Shown: piece by piece, positions 1 through 9,686 of the stretch
Layout: each line of letters starts with the position of its first letter
Position numbering within the stretch: position 1 is the first letter of the stretch
IMG/VR virus record: IMGVR_UViG_3300008266_000182
Coordinates: 1-37,787 of that record
Source of the DNA: a virus
DNA length: 37,787 nt
Reading direction: 5' to 3' (one strand)
The notes under the pieces: generated by a model
What the model was told of the DNA's origin: nothing
The model's database searches: none
What the model saw: only the letters and a program-made list of their open reading frames with translations
Program-made: the position numbers and the translations under genes

Positions 1-114
1 GACCGACAAAAGCCACGTCCATTTATGGGTGAGGTTGCCTGACCGCACTCTGGTTTATGACGCATCAGCATCGCAAGAGCTGGGCCAGCCGGTATGGTTT
101 CAGCTTACAAGCGC
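1..114. repeat. Terminal direct repeat; identical copy at 37674-37787 (circular assembly overlap)
   Basis: Bases 1-114 (gaccgacaaaagccacgtcc...cagcttacaagcgc) read identically at 37674-37787; implies unit genome of 37673 bp. Confidence 0.95.
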
Positions 115-565
115 CCTGACAGGATTCAGCGAGTACCGCGCCAAAGACTTGGTTTATGCGTATGACCGCTGGACTATTGGCGACTCGGTAAACCCTAACG
201 TAGGCTACCTAACAGATGAGGTTTCTTCTCACTATGGCGCAATAGTGCGGTGGGAGTTTGGGACTCTGATTGTTTATAACGAAGGGCGCGGAGCCATCAT
301 CCATGAATTAGAGCTTGTCTGTCTGACTGGCCGCACTGCCTTTGGGTTAGACCCTGTTATCCGCACATCATATTCACTTGATGGGGTGGAGTGGAGCCAA
401 GACAAATACGTCAAGGTAGGCAAGCTGGGCGACCGTGCTAAACGCATCGTATGGCTAGGCCAAGGAGCCATGAGGAATTGGCGCATACAGCGATTTAATG
501 GGGATAGTCAAGCCTTCATGTCAATTGCACGTTTAGAGGCTCGTGTAGAGCCATTGGCGGTGTAA
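1..565 (+). CDS. P22 gp10-like packaged-DNA stabilization / tail hub protein, C-terminal part (gene starts at 36838 and crosses the circular junction)
   Basis: In frame with the ORF opening at ATG 36838 (36838 to the copy of base 29 = 864 nt). Joined product is 466 aa, against about 472 aa recalled for P22 gp10. Recalled gp10-family motif LPDRTLVYDASAS..PVW lies here. Confidence 0.85.
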   Translation, partial: TDKSHVHLWVRLPDRTLVYDASASQELGQPVWFQLTSALTGFSEYRAKDLVYAYDRWTIGDSVNPNVGYLTDEVSSHYGAIVRWEFGTLIVYNEGRGAIIHELELVCLTGRTAFGLDPVIRTSYSLDGVEWSQDKYVKVGKLGDRAKRIVWLGQGAMRNWRIQRFNGDSQAFMSIARLEARVEPLAV

Positions 566-1740
566 TGGCAACTGACAAGCCCATAACCCGCAATCAGCTT
601 GCAAAGTTTCTGCCTGACCATGAGACGATCAAAGCGTTTGAGCGTCTTTTGCGGGTCACTGCGAACCTAACCCCTGATGACGTTGCAAACCTCACGCAGC
701 TAATCGTTGAGTCTGGTTACTCCGCTGGAGTGGCTGAGAACCGCGCAGAGGCAACCCCGATGCACTCCGTATTGGATTACATCGACTTCACCAAGCGGCC
801 AAAGCACGTCAACAAAGTGGCGCGGGTGGCTTGGAATGATGACGACGACACAATCAACATACACCACACCGGAGGCGTGACCCAGCAAGTAGGCCTAGAG
901 GCTTACATAAGGGTGACCAACAATACCGGATTGACTCTGCCCAATGGCTCTGTGGTGGGATTCTCTGGTGCGTCTGGGTTGATTGAAGTCTCTCCGTTTC
1001 TCGCTGACGGTTCTATGCCTTCGCTTTACGCCATTGGGGTGTTGACGCAAGACATACCAACCGGAGCAACGGGCCGCGCAACCGTATTGGGTGCCGTGCG
1101 TCAAATCAACACCACAGGCGCACCCTACGGGGAAACTTGGCTGGTTGGAAACATCCTCTACGCAAGTCCGACAACCGCAGGCGGGTTAACAAACATCAAG
1201 CCAACCGCCCCGAGTGTTTCTGTTCCTCTTGGTGCAGTTCTTTCCGTGGGCGCGACTGGCTCTATTTTTGTCCGTCCGGTAATTGAACAGCAGAAGTATT
1301 ACGGCACGTTTAACAAGACCACATCGCAAACCCCCGCAGCGATTAACACGGCCTACGCAATCGGGCTTGATTCTGCATCAGTGTCTAACGGGGTAACTAT
1401 TGGCAGCGGTTCACGCTTAATCGTGGCTCATTCTGGCCTGTATGAGTTCAATTGTGCTTTCCAGCTTGCATCAGGTAGCGCAAGCACTAAAAACGTATGG
1501 CTATGGTTTCGCAAAAACGGGGTAGACGTTGCGAATAGCTCATTCAAGGTATCGCTAGAAAGCAACTCCGCACTGGCGACACCATCGCGGAGTATGGTTT
1601 TCTCGCTTGCGGCTAATGACTACATAGAATTGATGTGGGCGGCTGATAGCACGGCTGTTACCTTATCGCCCTTCGCTGCGACGGCATTTGCCCCCGCCGC
1701 TCCCGCTTGTATTGTCTCCGTAGATCAGGTGCAACAATGA
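565..1740 (+). CDS. Tail needle / tail fiber-like protein with C-terminal C1q/TNF-like jelly-roll knob
   Basis: ATG overlaps preceding stop (TAATG). Last ~130 aa show a C1q-like pattern (SGLYEFNCAFQL, VWLWFRKNGVDV, LAANDYIELMW). It occupies the slot after the gp10 homolog, where P22 has needle gp26. Confidence 0.6.
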   Translation: MATDKPITRNQLAKFLPDHETIKAFERLLRVTANLTPDDVANLTQLIVESGYSAGVAENRAEATPMHSVLDYIDFTKRPKHVNKVARVAWNDDDDTINIHHTGGVTQQVGLEAYIRVTNNTGLTLPNGSVVGFSGASGLIEVSPFLADGSMPSLYAIGVLTQDIPTGATGRATVLGAVRQINTTGAPYGETWLVGNILYASPTTAGGLTNIKPTAPSVSVPLGAVLSVGATGSIFVRPVIEQQKYYGTFNKTTSQTPAAINTAYAIGLDSASVSNGVTIGSGSRLIVAHSGLYEFNCAFQLASGSASTKNVWLWFRKNGVDVANSSFKVSLESNSALATPSRSMVFSLAANDYIELMWAADSTAVTLSPFAATAFAPAAPACIVSVDQVQQ

Positions 1741-2069
1741 CCACAACTATCTCTAACATCATCCCCCGCAAAGAGGCCGAAGTAGGGATTACTTCGCAAT
1801 ACATAGCCGACAGCCGAAAGACGGTTATTGATAAATTCACCGTGACCAATACCGGCGCGAGTGAATCGAATATCTCGATCTACTTGCCCGACGTTAGCTC
1901 ATCCCCCTCCGCTAGTAACTGCGTTTTGTCCGTGCGCGAGATCGCAGCGGGTGAGACGTACCTGTGCCCCGAGCTAGTGGGCCAAGTAATCGAAGTGGGC
2001 GGTTCTATCCACACTGACGCATCCGCATTGGGTTTGACCATCAGCGCGTCGGGCCGTGAAATAACTTGA
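1737..2069 (+). CDS. Hypothetical virion-module protein (110 aa)
   Basis: ATG 1737 overlaps upstream stop (ATGA); the track ORF start at 1707 lies inside the upstream gene; no recognisable motif. Confidence 0.6.
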   Translation: MTTTISNIIPRKEAEVGITSQYIADSRKTVIDKFTVTNTGASESNISIYLPDVSSSPSASNCVLSVREIAAGETYLCPELVGQVIEVGGSIHTDASALGLTISASGREIT

Positions 2070-2142
2070 TCGTATATAGACCCCCATGCTAATATCAGCC
2101 TAGCTGAGTCCAAGCCTTCCAGCGGGTCTAAACAGGATTTAT

Positions 2143-2577
2143 ATGGACTCACTCAAAGCCAATTTAGAGAAAATTCTCCCGCCTCATGCGGTGGATTGGC
2201 TTTTGATGCTATTCCAAGCCATCCAGTTATTTGATGACGTTGCCGATGGTGACGAAGTTAAACGCGAAGACCTGAACGCAGTTATCTGGAACACCCTAGT
2301 TTGTATGGGGCAAAACCCGTTCTATCGAGAAAACATCAGCACACTCGCCCCGCTACTTGGCGCGATGATTCTCAAGTGGCAAGCATCCGACACTGTAGAG
2401 CGTGCAGGCAACGCAGACGCTAAATCATTCAACTGGCGTGCAGGGTATTACGACCTTGTGTTGATGGCCGTGCAACTCACGCGAGGCACTGAGTTTGCAA
2501 CACAAAACGCGCATATCGTTTTAAGTCTCTACGGCGAAACCCTAGAGGACTATTTGAAGGAGTTTCATCATGCCTAA
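2143..2577 (+). CDS. Hypothetical protein in the P22 gp14 slot (ejection-protein associated?)
   Basis: 144 aa ORF preceding three ejection-protein-like genes; size and position resemble P22 gp14; no motif recognised. Confidence 0.45.
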   Translation: MDSLKANLEKILPPHAVDWLLMLFQAIQLFDDVADGDEVKREDLNAVIWNTLVCMGQNPFYRENISTLAPLLGAMILKWQASDTVERAGNADAKSFNWRAGYYDLVLMAVQLTRGTEFATQNAHIVLSLYGETLEDYLKEFHHA

Positions 2578-3208
2578 TGCAGTAACCGCTTTAATTACGG
2601 GCGGCACAAGCTTGCTTAGTGGGATGTTGCAATCCGATGCAGCAAGCGAATCCGCAAGCATTCAGGGCGACGCATCAGCCGCAGGCATTGCAGAGCAACG
2701 CGCCGCACGTCTGGCAATGGAGAAACTACTCTCCCCATACTTGAGCGCAGGCACTACCGCACTCGGCCAGCAACAGGCGCTATTGGGTTTGTCTGGTGCA
2801 GACGCACAGCGCAACGCCTATTCAGCTATTGAAAACTCCGCAGGGTTTCAGGCTCAGGTGCAGCAAGGTGAAAATGCAATGCTTCAAAACGCCTCGGCAA
2901 CTGGTGGGCTGCGTGGTGGAAACATTCAGGGCGCATTAGCTCAATATCGCCCCGCCATGCTGACCAACGCCATCAACCAACAATATGCAAACCTCGGCGG
3001 GTTGACCCAGATGGGGCAAAACTCCGCAGCGGGTGTTGGTAGCTCTGGGATGACCTCGGCAAACAACGTAGCAAGCCTACTGGCTCAACAGGGTGCAGCG
3101 TCAGCCGGTGGTGTACTCGGCCAAGCAAACGCATACAGCGGACTATTGAACGCACCCATGCAGCTATTAGGTATGCAAGCCGGTGCCGGTGGCTTGAAAA
3201 TATTTTAA
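2570..3208 (+). CDS. Internal virion / ejection protein candidate (P22 gp7 slot)
   Basis: 212 aa, Gln/Ala/Gly/Ser-rich low complexity typical of podovirus internal proteins; overlaps upstream stop; size close to P22 gp7. Confidence 0.5.
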   Translation: MPNAVTALITGGTSLLSGMLQSDAASESASIQGDASAAGIAEQRAARLAMEKLLSPYLSAGTTALGQQQALLGLSGADAQRNAYSAIENSAGFQAQVQQGENAMLQNASATGGLRGGNIQGALAQYRPAMLTNAINQQYANLGGLTQMGQNSAAGVGSSGMTSANNVASLLAQQGAASAGGVLGQANAYSGLLNAPMQLLGMQAGAGGLKIF

Positions 3209-3217
3209 GGGGGCGCT

Positions 3218-4537
3218 ATGGTTGCACCGATTGACTACTCACTCAACGTAAAAAGCCCCTTTGAGGCCGCTGTCCAAGGTTACGGCATTGGGGCGAACAT
3301 GGCCCAGATGCAAGCCCAGCGCGATGCAACAATGGCCCAGCGTGACGCAATGCAAGCAAAGGCAGACGCAGAACGGGCCGAAGCCCTACGACAAGCCGAG
3401 GCGCGAGACGCTACAAAGGCACTGTTTAGCAACCCCAATCCAACCGCGCAGGACTTCGTGCGCGTGGCGTCCATGCTCCCCGAAAAAGAAGCCGCATCTA
3501 TGCGAGCTAACTGGGACTTGATGAACAAGGACAAGCAGGAAAACACCCTCAAATTTTCCGGTCAAGTGCTATCGGCATTTAACTCTGGCAGCCCTCAAGT
3601 CGGGGTGCAACTCTTGAAAGACCGAGCCGAAGCAGAGCGCAACGCAGGCCAAGAAGATCAAGCCAAGGCTTACGACACATGGGCGCAGATTGCCGAGGCC
3701 AACCCGCAGGCCGCTATGAAGTCTATGGGCATCATGGTTGCACAGGTGCCGGGCGGTGATAAGGTCATTGAAAGCGTGACCAAGATAGGCCAAGAGTCCC
3801 GCGCAGAGGCCAAAGCCCCCGCAGAGCTGAAAGAGGCAAACGCCAAAGCCGAGAAAGCCGCAGTTGATGCGAAATTCGCAGAATCCAACGCAGTCCAAGA
3901 GATTGAAAAGCGTGGATGGGACATTAAAAAGCTGCAATCTGACATTCAGATCAACAAGGAAAACGCACGAATCGCGGCCATCAATGCGTCTATTGCCCGA
4001 GAAGGCAACCAGATCAAGCGCCAAGAGCTAGGCTTAAAGCTGGAGGAAATGAAGCAAAAGCGAGATGAGGTTATCCGCACCAAAACATCAGAGATTGAAT
4101 CGGCTCGCGGCGATATGGACAACTTCCTGAACACCGCAGATCGAGTGCTAAAAACCCCAATGTCGGTGATTGGCTCCGCTGCTGGCCCTATCTCTGCGCG
4201 TATGCCTACACTAAGCCAAGACACGGCAGACTTTGAGGCGCTTGTGGAAACGATGGGTTCTCAAGCGTTTATGTCGCAGATTCCAAAGATGAAGGGAACC
4301 GGCGCACTGTCTGAAAAAGAAGGCGACAAGCTGCAATCCTCCCTGCAAAACCTGAGTTTGAAACAGTCCCCCGAGCGACTGGTAGAAAACGTCAAGGAAG
4401 CGCAGCGCCTGATTCTCAAGGCTCGAAAGAACCTAGCGGACAAATACGGAGTCCCTGAGTCTGTGCCAGACACTCCACAAGCCGCACCAACACCCGAAGA
4501 GACTAACGCGCTACTCAAGAAATACGGGGGCAAGTAA
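3218..4537 (+). CDS. Internal virion / ejection protein candidate (P22 gp20 slot)
   Basis: 439 aa, Ala/Glu/Lys/Gln-rich predicted coiled coil; synteny and size close to P22 gp20. Confidence 0.5.
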   Translation: MVAPIDYSLNVKSPFEAAVQGYGIGANMAQMQAQRDATMAQRDAMQAKADAERAEALRQAEARDATKALFSNPNPTAQDFVRVASMLPEKEAASMRANWDLMNKDKQENTLKFSGQVLSAFNSGSPQVGVQLLKDRAEAERNAGQEDQAKAYDTWAQIAEANPQAAMKSMGIMVAQVPGGDKVIESVTKIGQESRAEAKAPAELKEANAKAEKAAVDAKFAESNAVQEIEKRGWDIKKLQSDIQINKENARIAAINASIAREGNQIKRQELGLKLEEMKQKRDEVIRTKTSEIESARGDMDNFLNTADRVLKTPMSVIGSAAGPISARMPTLSQDTADFEALVETMGSQAFMSQIPKMKGTGALSEKEGDKLQSSLQNLSLKQSPERLVENVKEAQRLILKARKNLADKYGVPESVPDTPQAAPTPEETNALLKKYGGK

Positions 4538-6456
4538 TGGCAACTATTACCGAGCTAGAGATTGCCCTGAAGAACGCAGACAAAGCGGGGGACATGGATG
4601 CGGCTAGAAAGCTCGCAGCCGTGCTAACCCGTGCCCGTCAAGTGCCTGCGAACATGGTGCCTGATACCGACGTGCCTGAAACCATCGTGCGCCCCAAAGA
4701 GTCTACGGTAGGCGAAAAGGTTATCGGAGGCCTAGACGCAGCCGCAACCCTTGCAACCGCGCCCATTGGTGCGGTGGGTGCTATCGGTGGCGCACTCAAG
4801 GGACTCGCGCAGCAGATTCTTGATGGCAAGTTCGGAACCCCTGAAGCCGTGAAGATGGTGGAAAAAGCAGCGGCAGAGGGTATGCAAGCAGGTATGCGAA
4901 CCCCCGCAACTCAAGCAGGCGGTGAGATGGTGGAGTCCGTAGGAAAGGCGCTAGAGTTTCTACCCCCAGTCATCCCCGTGGCAGGCCCTATCGGGGCCGT
5001 AGGACGCGCAGCGCAAGGGATGGCTCCATTGGCAGAGGCAACCGCAATGCGAGGCCTAGCAGCCGCTAAACCAATCGTGCAAAAGTCCGCGCAAGCTGTC
5101 CAAGCCGTGCCAGAAGGCATGGGCAAAATGGTAATGGGTGATTCTGGCCTGCCTGAAGGCGTATCGGTGGCCCGCAAAGGCAGTGGCGGCGCGGCTGCTA
5201 CGCCTATTGAGCTACAACGCGCAACCGAGGCAGAAATGGCCGGCCTGCGCCTTACTGAGGGCGAGACAAAGCGCAGCCCCCAGATGCTCGCTTGGGAAAA
5301 AGAGAAAGCCAAAACGCCAGAATATCAAGCGCAGTTTTTGGAGCGCCAGCAAGAGAACAACCGCGCAGCCTTAACCAAGTTTGACCAACTGATAGACGAT
5401 ACCGGCGCAGAGACTGGCGATATGTCCAATACAGGCATCAAGGTTGTAGACACTTTGATGAAGGGTTACGCGCAGGAGAAGGCCAAGACCAACGCCCTAT
5501 ACGAAGGCTTCAGGAATTCGCCAGAAGCACAAATGCCGGTCAACCAGACACCGGTGCTGGAGTTTCTCAATTCGCAGCCGGTGGGCGTGTCTGGAATGAC
5601 TGGGGTTACTGACCTAGCCCGACAAAACGCAGTCCGATTGGGTATCGCCCAGATGGATGACGCTGGAAACCTAGTCCCCGCACCTACTACCCTCGGCAAG
5701 CTGGAGGAATTCCGGCAATCCGTCTCCGCTATCGGCGCATCTACTCCCAATGATCGCCGCCTTGTGACCATCCTAAAGCGTCAGATTGACAACGTAGGTG
5801 ACCCCGTAGGCGGTCAAGTCACTCGCGCCATGAGAGCGCAACGCCAACGACAGGCGCAGAAGTACGAAAACCGTGCAATCGTGGCTAACTTGCTTGCCGA
5901 GAAAAAAGGCATGAGTGATGCGAAGGTGCCAATTGAAGACGTTTTCCAGAAAACGATTCTCTCTGCCCGACCTTCTGAAATTCAGCACATCAAGCGCGTT
6001 TTGCTGGTGGCTGGTGGAGACGAAGGCAAACAGGCTTGGAAGGAACTACAAGGCGCAACACTTCGCCACTTGAATGATTCCGCAGTGTCTGGAATCGGCG
6101 CGGATAACCTTCCCGTGGTATCTGCTGCGAAACTCCGCAAGGCCGTGGACACGATGGACAAAAATGGCAAGCTGAATATGGTTCTAGGTGTATCGGGTGC
6201 CGAGCAAGTCCGCAACCTTGCGCGAGTTTTGGAATATATCCAGACCAATCCCCCGATGACCTCTATCAATAACTCAGGCACGGCGCGGACGGTTATGGCA
6301 TTGATAACTGAGGCTGGACTAACCGGCGCGGCGACTGGCGTACCTTTGCCAATCATTCAAGGCATGAAAGCCATTCGGGATTCTGTCAAAGATCGAAAGA
6401 TTAAAGCGCGGATTACTCAGGCGCTAAACTACAAACCTCAAGGAGTCTCGCAATGA
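4537..6456 (+). CDS. Internal virion / ejection protein candidate (P22 gp16 slot)
   Basis: 639 aa; ATG overlaps upstream stop (TAATG); synteny and size close to P22 gp16. Confidence 0.5.
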   Translation: MATITELEIALKNADKAGDMDAARKLAAVLTRARQVPANMVPDTDVPETIVRPKESTVGEKVIGGLDAAATLATAPIGAVGAIGGALKGLAQQILDGKFGTPEAVKMVEKAAAEGMQAGMRTPATQAGGEMVESVGKALEFLPPVIPVAGPIGAVGRAAQGMAPLAEATAMRGLAAAKPIVQKSAQAVQAVPEGMGKMVMGDSGLPEGVSVARKGSGGAAATPIELQRATEAEMAGLRLTEGETKRSPQMLAWEKEKAKTPEYQAQFLERQQENNRAALTKFDQLIDDTGAETGDMSNTGIKVVDTLMKGYAQEKAKTNALYEGFRNSPEAQMPVNQTPVLEFLNSQPVGVSGMTGVTDLARQNAVRLGIAQMDDAGNLVPAPTTLGKLEEFRQSVSAIGASTPNDRRLVTILKRQIDNVGDPVGGQVTRAMRAQRQRQAQKYENRAIVANLLAEKKGMSDAKVPIEDVFQKTILSARPSEIQHIKRVLLVAGGDEGKQAWKELQGATLRHLNDSAVSGIGADNLPVVSAAKLRKAVDTMDKNGKLNMVLGVSGAEQVRNLARVLEYIQTNPPMTSINNSGTARTVMALITEAGLTGAATGVPLPIIQGMKAIRDSVKDRKIKARITQALNYKPQGVSQ

Positions 6457-7952
6457 GCGTAATTACAGTTATGCCCCCGTTTCCTATCTTTAACGATGCG
6501 AACGGAGTTCCTTTGCAATCGGGTTATGTTTATGTCGGTGTAGCCGGTATGAACGCAGAGGCAAACCCTATCCCTGTATTTTGGGACAGCGCTCTGACCA
6601 TTCCAGCGGAACAACCCTTGCGCACTTCTGGTGGCTATGTTTCCCGCAATGGCAGCCCCGCGCAGGTTTATGCTGATGCAGTTGACTTTTCTTTGCTTGT
6701 CAAAAGCAAACGCATGGCGCTTGTTTGGTCGTCTCTTTATGCATCTGGCATCAGCGCAGATTCTTCGGGTGTTGATTACTTACCGGCAGGCACAGGTGCA
6801 GTACCTACCGATGTTCAGACCAAGCTGCGAACAACTGTCACCCGCAGCGAGTACACCAGTGACGCAGATTTCAACGCCGCAAGGGTAGGCAAACCCAACA
6901 CAGACGGCGCTGGAAACTTTGACGCACCGGTCACACCAACGGGTGAATCTGCACAAATTCAGCTTGCAAAAGCTGTGCAGCCGGTGGCGGCAGGGTCACG
7001 CGATGCCGTTGTGTACAACAACGCGACGAGCGTTAAGGTTTTTCGCAACCATGCAGTAATGGGCGGCTTTCGATTCCGTGGGCAGTACAGCAAAGGCCGT
7101 GCCCCAATGTTCCCCATGCCTGCAAGCAAAATTGCCTCCGTGTCTACAGGGCTAGGCGCAGAGTCCGCGGTGCGAACTGAAAACTGGTATGCCGTGTTTG
7201 CCTGCGCCAACAATGGCGATGCAACCGCTACGCTAAAGGTGATGCCATTCCTCCGCGCCGGTACGGTATCTGGCTCAAACGTGCCGCTCATCAAAGCGGG
7301 CGAGGGCATCCACGCACTGACTGCACAAAACTACGCTTGGAGCACGGCAAACAATCTGGCAGACGTGGAGTGTCTGGTAATCACCGAGGGCGGCAAGTTC
7401 TCAGGGCGCACCACCACAATCGCGGCTAACAGCGCGGGGCAGATCACCTTGGCAAACGTGGGAACCGTGGCGGCTTATGACTTCTTGTTGCCAGCGCCGC
7501 CAAACTTCACGAATTACGTGTATCTCGGCAGCTTCTACTTCGACACGGCAGAGGTACGCAACATTGCTGACGCTGGCGTGGTCGTGAAGGCCAAGATGAT
7601 TCAGCTGGCTGACCCCAATTTCACGGCATCGGGGGCTGTAACTTCATGGACTGAGCTGCGTTTCGGCGGGTATATCTGCCCACTGGCAACGGCGGTAGTT
7701 GTGCAAGACACGCACACCCTGAGCACTGCATCCACTGGTGACCATGCAAACTACTTCGGCTCGGACGCATCCGACCACGAAATCCAAGCGAACTACGAAA
7801 AGAAAACAAGCGCCACCAGCGATACTTATGTGTGGGATGGGGTGGAATTGCCTTTTTCACAATGGCAAAGCGTCTGGTACAAAAACGGCGGAAGCTTGGC
7901 CGCCCAGCGATCTGCTGCCAAGCTTGAAATCAAGGGATGGCTGGAGCCATGA
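6453..7952 (+). CDS. Tailspike / tail fiber (receptor-binding) protein
   Basis: N-terminus FNDANGVPLQSGYVYVGVAG...NPIPVFWDSALTIPAEQPLRTSGGY matches the recalled N-terminal motif of podovirus tailspikes/fibers; last large gene of the tail module. Confidence 0.6.
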   Translation: MSVITVMPPFPIFNDANGVPLQSGYVYVGVAGMNAEANPIPVFWDSALTIPAEQPLRTSGGYVSRNGSPAQVYADAVDFSLLVKSKRMALVWSSLYASGISADSSGVDYLPAGTGAVPTDVQTKLRTTVTRSEYTSDADFNAARVGKPNTDGAGNFDAPVTPTGESAQIQLAKAVQPVAAGSRDAVVYNNATSVKVFRNHAVMGGFRFRGQYSKGRAPMFPMPASKIASVSTGLGAESAVRTENWYAVFACANNGDATATLKVMPFLRAGTVSGSNVPLIKAGEGIHALTAQNYAWSTANNLADVECLVITEGGKFSGRTTTIAANSAGQITLANVGTVAAYDFLLPAPPNFTNYVYLGSFYFDTAEVRNIADAGVVVKAKMIQLADPNFTASGAVTSWTELRFGGYICPLATAVVVQDTHTLSTASTGDHANYFGSDASDHEIQANYEKKTSATSDTYVWDGVELPFSQWQSVWYKNGGSLAAQRSAAKLEIKGWLEP

Positions 7953-8042
7953 ACTACCAAGACCTTATCAATCTGTCCGATGGCTCCGGCTTTTCGGTCG
8001 GTTGCTTGATTTGCGCGATAACCTCAAGAAACTTTCATCAAA

Positions 8043-8285
8043 ATGACACCTGAAGAACGAGCGGAGTTAGTCGCAGCGGTTGTTTCCGCCGTTAAGGCGT
8101 CAGAGCCTGTATTGACCGAGGATGAGGTGCGATACGTAAAGCTCGCACTCAAGAAAGAGGCCCAAAAAATAAAAAGATGGGAGGCCGTGATCGAGAAGTC
8201 TCTTGGCGGTCTTGCTTGGGCCTTCATTCTTGGACTCTTCTACATGCTCAGGGAGTGGGCTATTAATCACGGGTACAAGCCATGA
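8043..8285 (+). CDS. Small membrane protein (C-terminal TM), lysis-cassette associated, possible holin
   Basis: 80 aa; hydrophobic segment GGLAWAFILGLFYML near the C-terminus; first gene of the cluster containing the endolysin. Confidence 0.4.
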   Translation: MTPEERAELVAAVVSAVKASEPVLTEDEVRYVKLALKKEAQKIKRWEAVIEKSLGGLAWAFILGLFYMLREWAINHGYKP

Positions 8286-8689
8286 TTGCAAAACAACTCT
8301 CTTTTTTGATCGTTGCAGCGGTTTTCTTTTTCGCCGCTCAGTTTATTGAAAATCAATTTTTCCCCGTAGTGGAGAAGTTCACAGTAACGGAGGTTACCCG
8401 CTATTGGGCTAATGTGGTGGTATCTGGCACGATTGATAAGGCACGGCCCTGCGTACTGTTACAAGACGTTCAGGCATTTACGAAAGATGGCGAAGCGCTA
8501 GAGGTTGAGTTTTTAGACCGCAGCGCCGGTTATATCTCGCGCCCTGTCATTCGCGGAGCTAGTCAACCATTCGGCCCGTGGGTCATCAAAGGCGGTGCGA
8601 ATGAGGTGTTTAGCCTGTATTCTCTGCACCGGTGTCACGCTTTGTGGACGCAGGAAACGAAGCTAGTAACTATTGAGGATTCCAAATGA
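8282..8689 (+). CDS. N-terminally membrane-anchored protein of unknown function (lysis cassette)
   Basis: 135 aa; N-terminal TM LSFLIVAAVFFFAAQFI; ATGA coupling to both neighbours. Confidence 0.5.
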   Translation: MIAKQLSFLIVAAVFFFAAQFIENQFFPVVEKFTVTEVTRYWANVVVSGTIDKARPCVLLQDVQAFTKDGEALEVEFLDRSAGYISRPVIRGASQPFGPWVIKGGANEVFSLYSLHRCHALWTQETKLVTIEDSK

Positions 8690-9030
8690 AACTATCTGAA
8701 CGTCAGCGCCTATTCGTAAAGCTTTTGCCTCGATTAGTGGACTTTGCCTACCAGCAGGGCTACGAGCTAACATTGGGAGACGCCTATCGTGACCCCAGAT
8801 TGCACGGCGCTGTAGGCGTAAAGCTGGGCTACGGGCACGCCAACAGCAACCACAAAAACCGTCTCGCAATTGACCTCAATCTGTTCAAAGACGGCGTTTT
8901 CCTGCAAGCCACAACAGACCATACACCGCTTGGCGAGTTTTGGGAAAAACTGCACCCGCTATGCCGGTGGGGTGGTCGTTTCAATGATGGCAACCATTAC
9001 TCAATTGAATCGCCAGAAGGCATGAAATGA
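8686..9030 (+). CDS. Endolysin, peptidase M15 (VanY / D-Ala-D-Ala carboxypeptidase-like zinc peptidase)
   Basis: Motifs LGDAYRD, HKNRLAIDLNLF and WGGRFNDGNHYS fit the recalled H..D / H zinc-ligand pattern of M15 phage endolysins. Confidence 0.8.
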   Translation: MKLSERQRLFVKLLPRLVDFAYQQGYELTLGDAYRDPRLHGAVGVKLGYGHANSNHKNRLAIDLNLFKDGVFLQATTDHTPLGEFWEKLHPLCRWGGRFNDGNHYSIESPEGMK

Positions 9031-9041
9031 GGGGAATCTAA

Positions 9042-9557
9042 ATGGACCCAATCTCTATAGCATTCGGGCTGGCTCAGTTCGCCCCTCAGATTATCAAATG
9101 GATTACGGGCAGCGACAAGGCCGCAGACGCAGCCGGTGCGGTGGTGGACATTGCCGAAACAGTAACAGGCCGCAAAGGTGCAGACGCACTAGACGCGCTC
9201 AAGGCAGACCCCGCGCTTGTCTTGCAGTTTCGCCAATCCGTGATTGCTCAAGAGGCCGACTTGGATAAGGCATATCTGGCAGACCGCGCAGACGCCCGTA
9301 AGCGTGACGCCGTGTTTATCAGCTCTGGCACTCGCAACTATCGCGCTGATGTGATGTTCTTCTTAGCGGTGGCAATGATCGCCGGTCTAGTCTGGCTAGT
9401 GTGGAAAGACCCAAGCATTAACGAATACATGAAGGGCATTTTTACCCTAGTGCTAGGCCGCTTCCTTGGTTACTTGGACAACATTTATAACTTTGAATTT
9501 GGTAGCACAAGAGCAAGCAAGGCAAAAGACGCCACTATCGAGAATCTAACGCGCTAA
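9042..9557 (+). CDS. Holin-like membrane protein (resembles the 3TM GTA-type holin family)
   Basis: 171 aa; short hydrophobic N-terminus, ADRADARKRD segment, then TM segments VMFFLAVAMIAGLVWLVW and IFTLVLGRFLGYL; directly follows the endolysin. Confidence 0.45.
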   Translation: MDPISIAFGLAQFAPQIIKWITGSDKAADAAGAVVDIAETVTGRKGADALDALKADPALVLQFRQSVIAQEADLDKAYLADRADARKRDAVFISSGTRNYRADVMFFLAVAMIAGLVWLVWKDPSINEYMKGIFTLVLGRFLGYLDNIYNFEFGSTRASKAKDATIENLTR

Positions 9558-9639
9558 CGGTCTTGGCCAAGGCCTTCGCAGACCTTGCCAAGCCGTGCCA
9601 CTTGCACACCAAAGCCCGACTACCTAGAACGAATTTGAT

Positions 9640-9682
9640 CTGGTGCGGCCCTTCGGTTTTCTTACCGCAGACAGCACACCAG
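9640..9682. terminator. Possible bidirectional terminator between convergent operons
   Basis: CTGGT/ACCAG outer stem and GCGG/CCGC inner stem around cccttcggttttctt; imperfect, weak U tracts. Confidence 0.3.
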
Positions 9683-9686
9683 CGAT

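Noticed and set aside
3261-6356. Many 60-150-aa ORFs on both strands inside the ejection-protein genes
   Set aside because: All are nested within or antisense to long, contiguous, translationally coupled + strand genes. They are Ala/Arg/Ser-rich shadow frames of GC-rich coding DNA.
565-7952. Diversity-generating retroelement acting on the tail fiber genes (as in BPP-1-type podoviruses)
   Set aside because: No reverse transcriptase (no YxDD-containing ORF). No template/variable repeat pair was noticed near the 3' ends of the receptor-binding genes.
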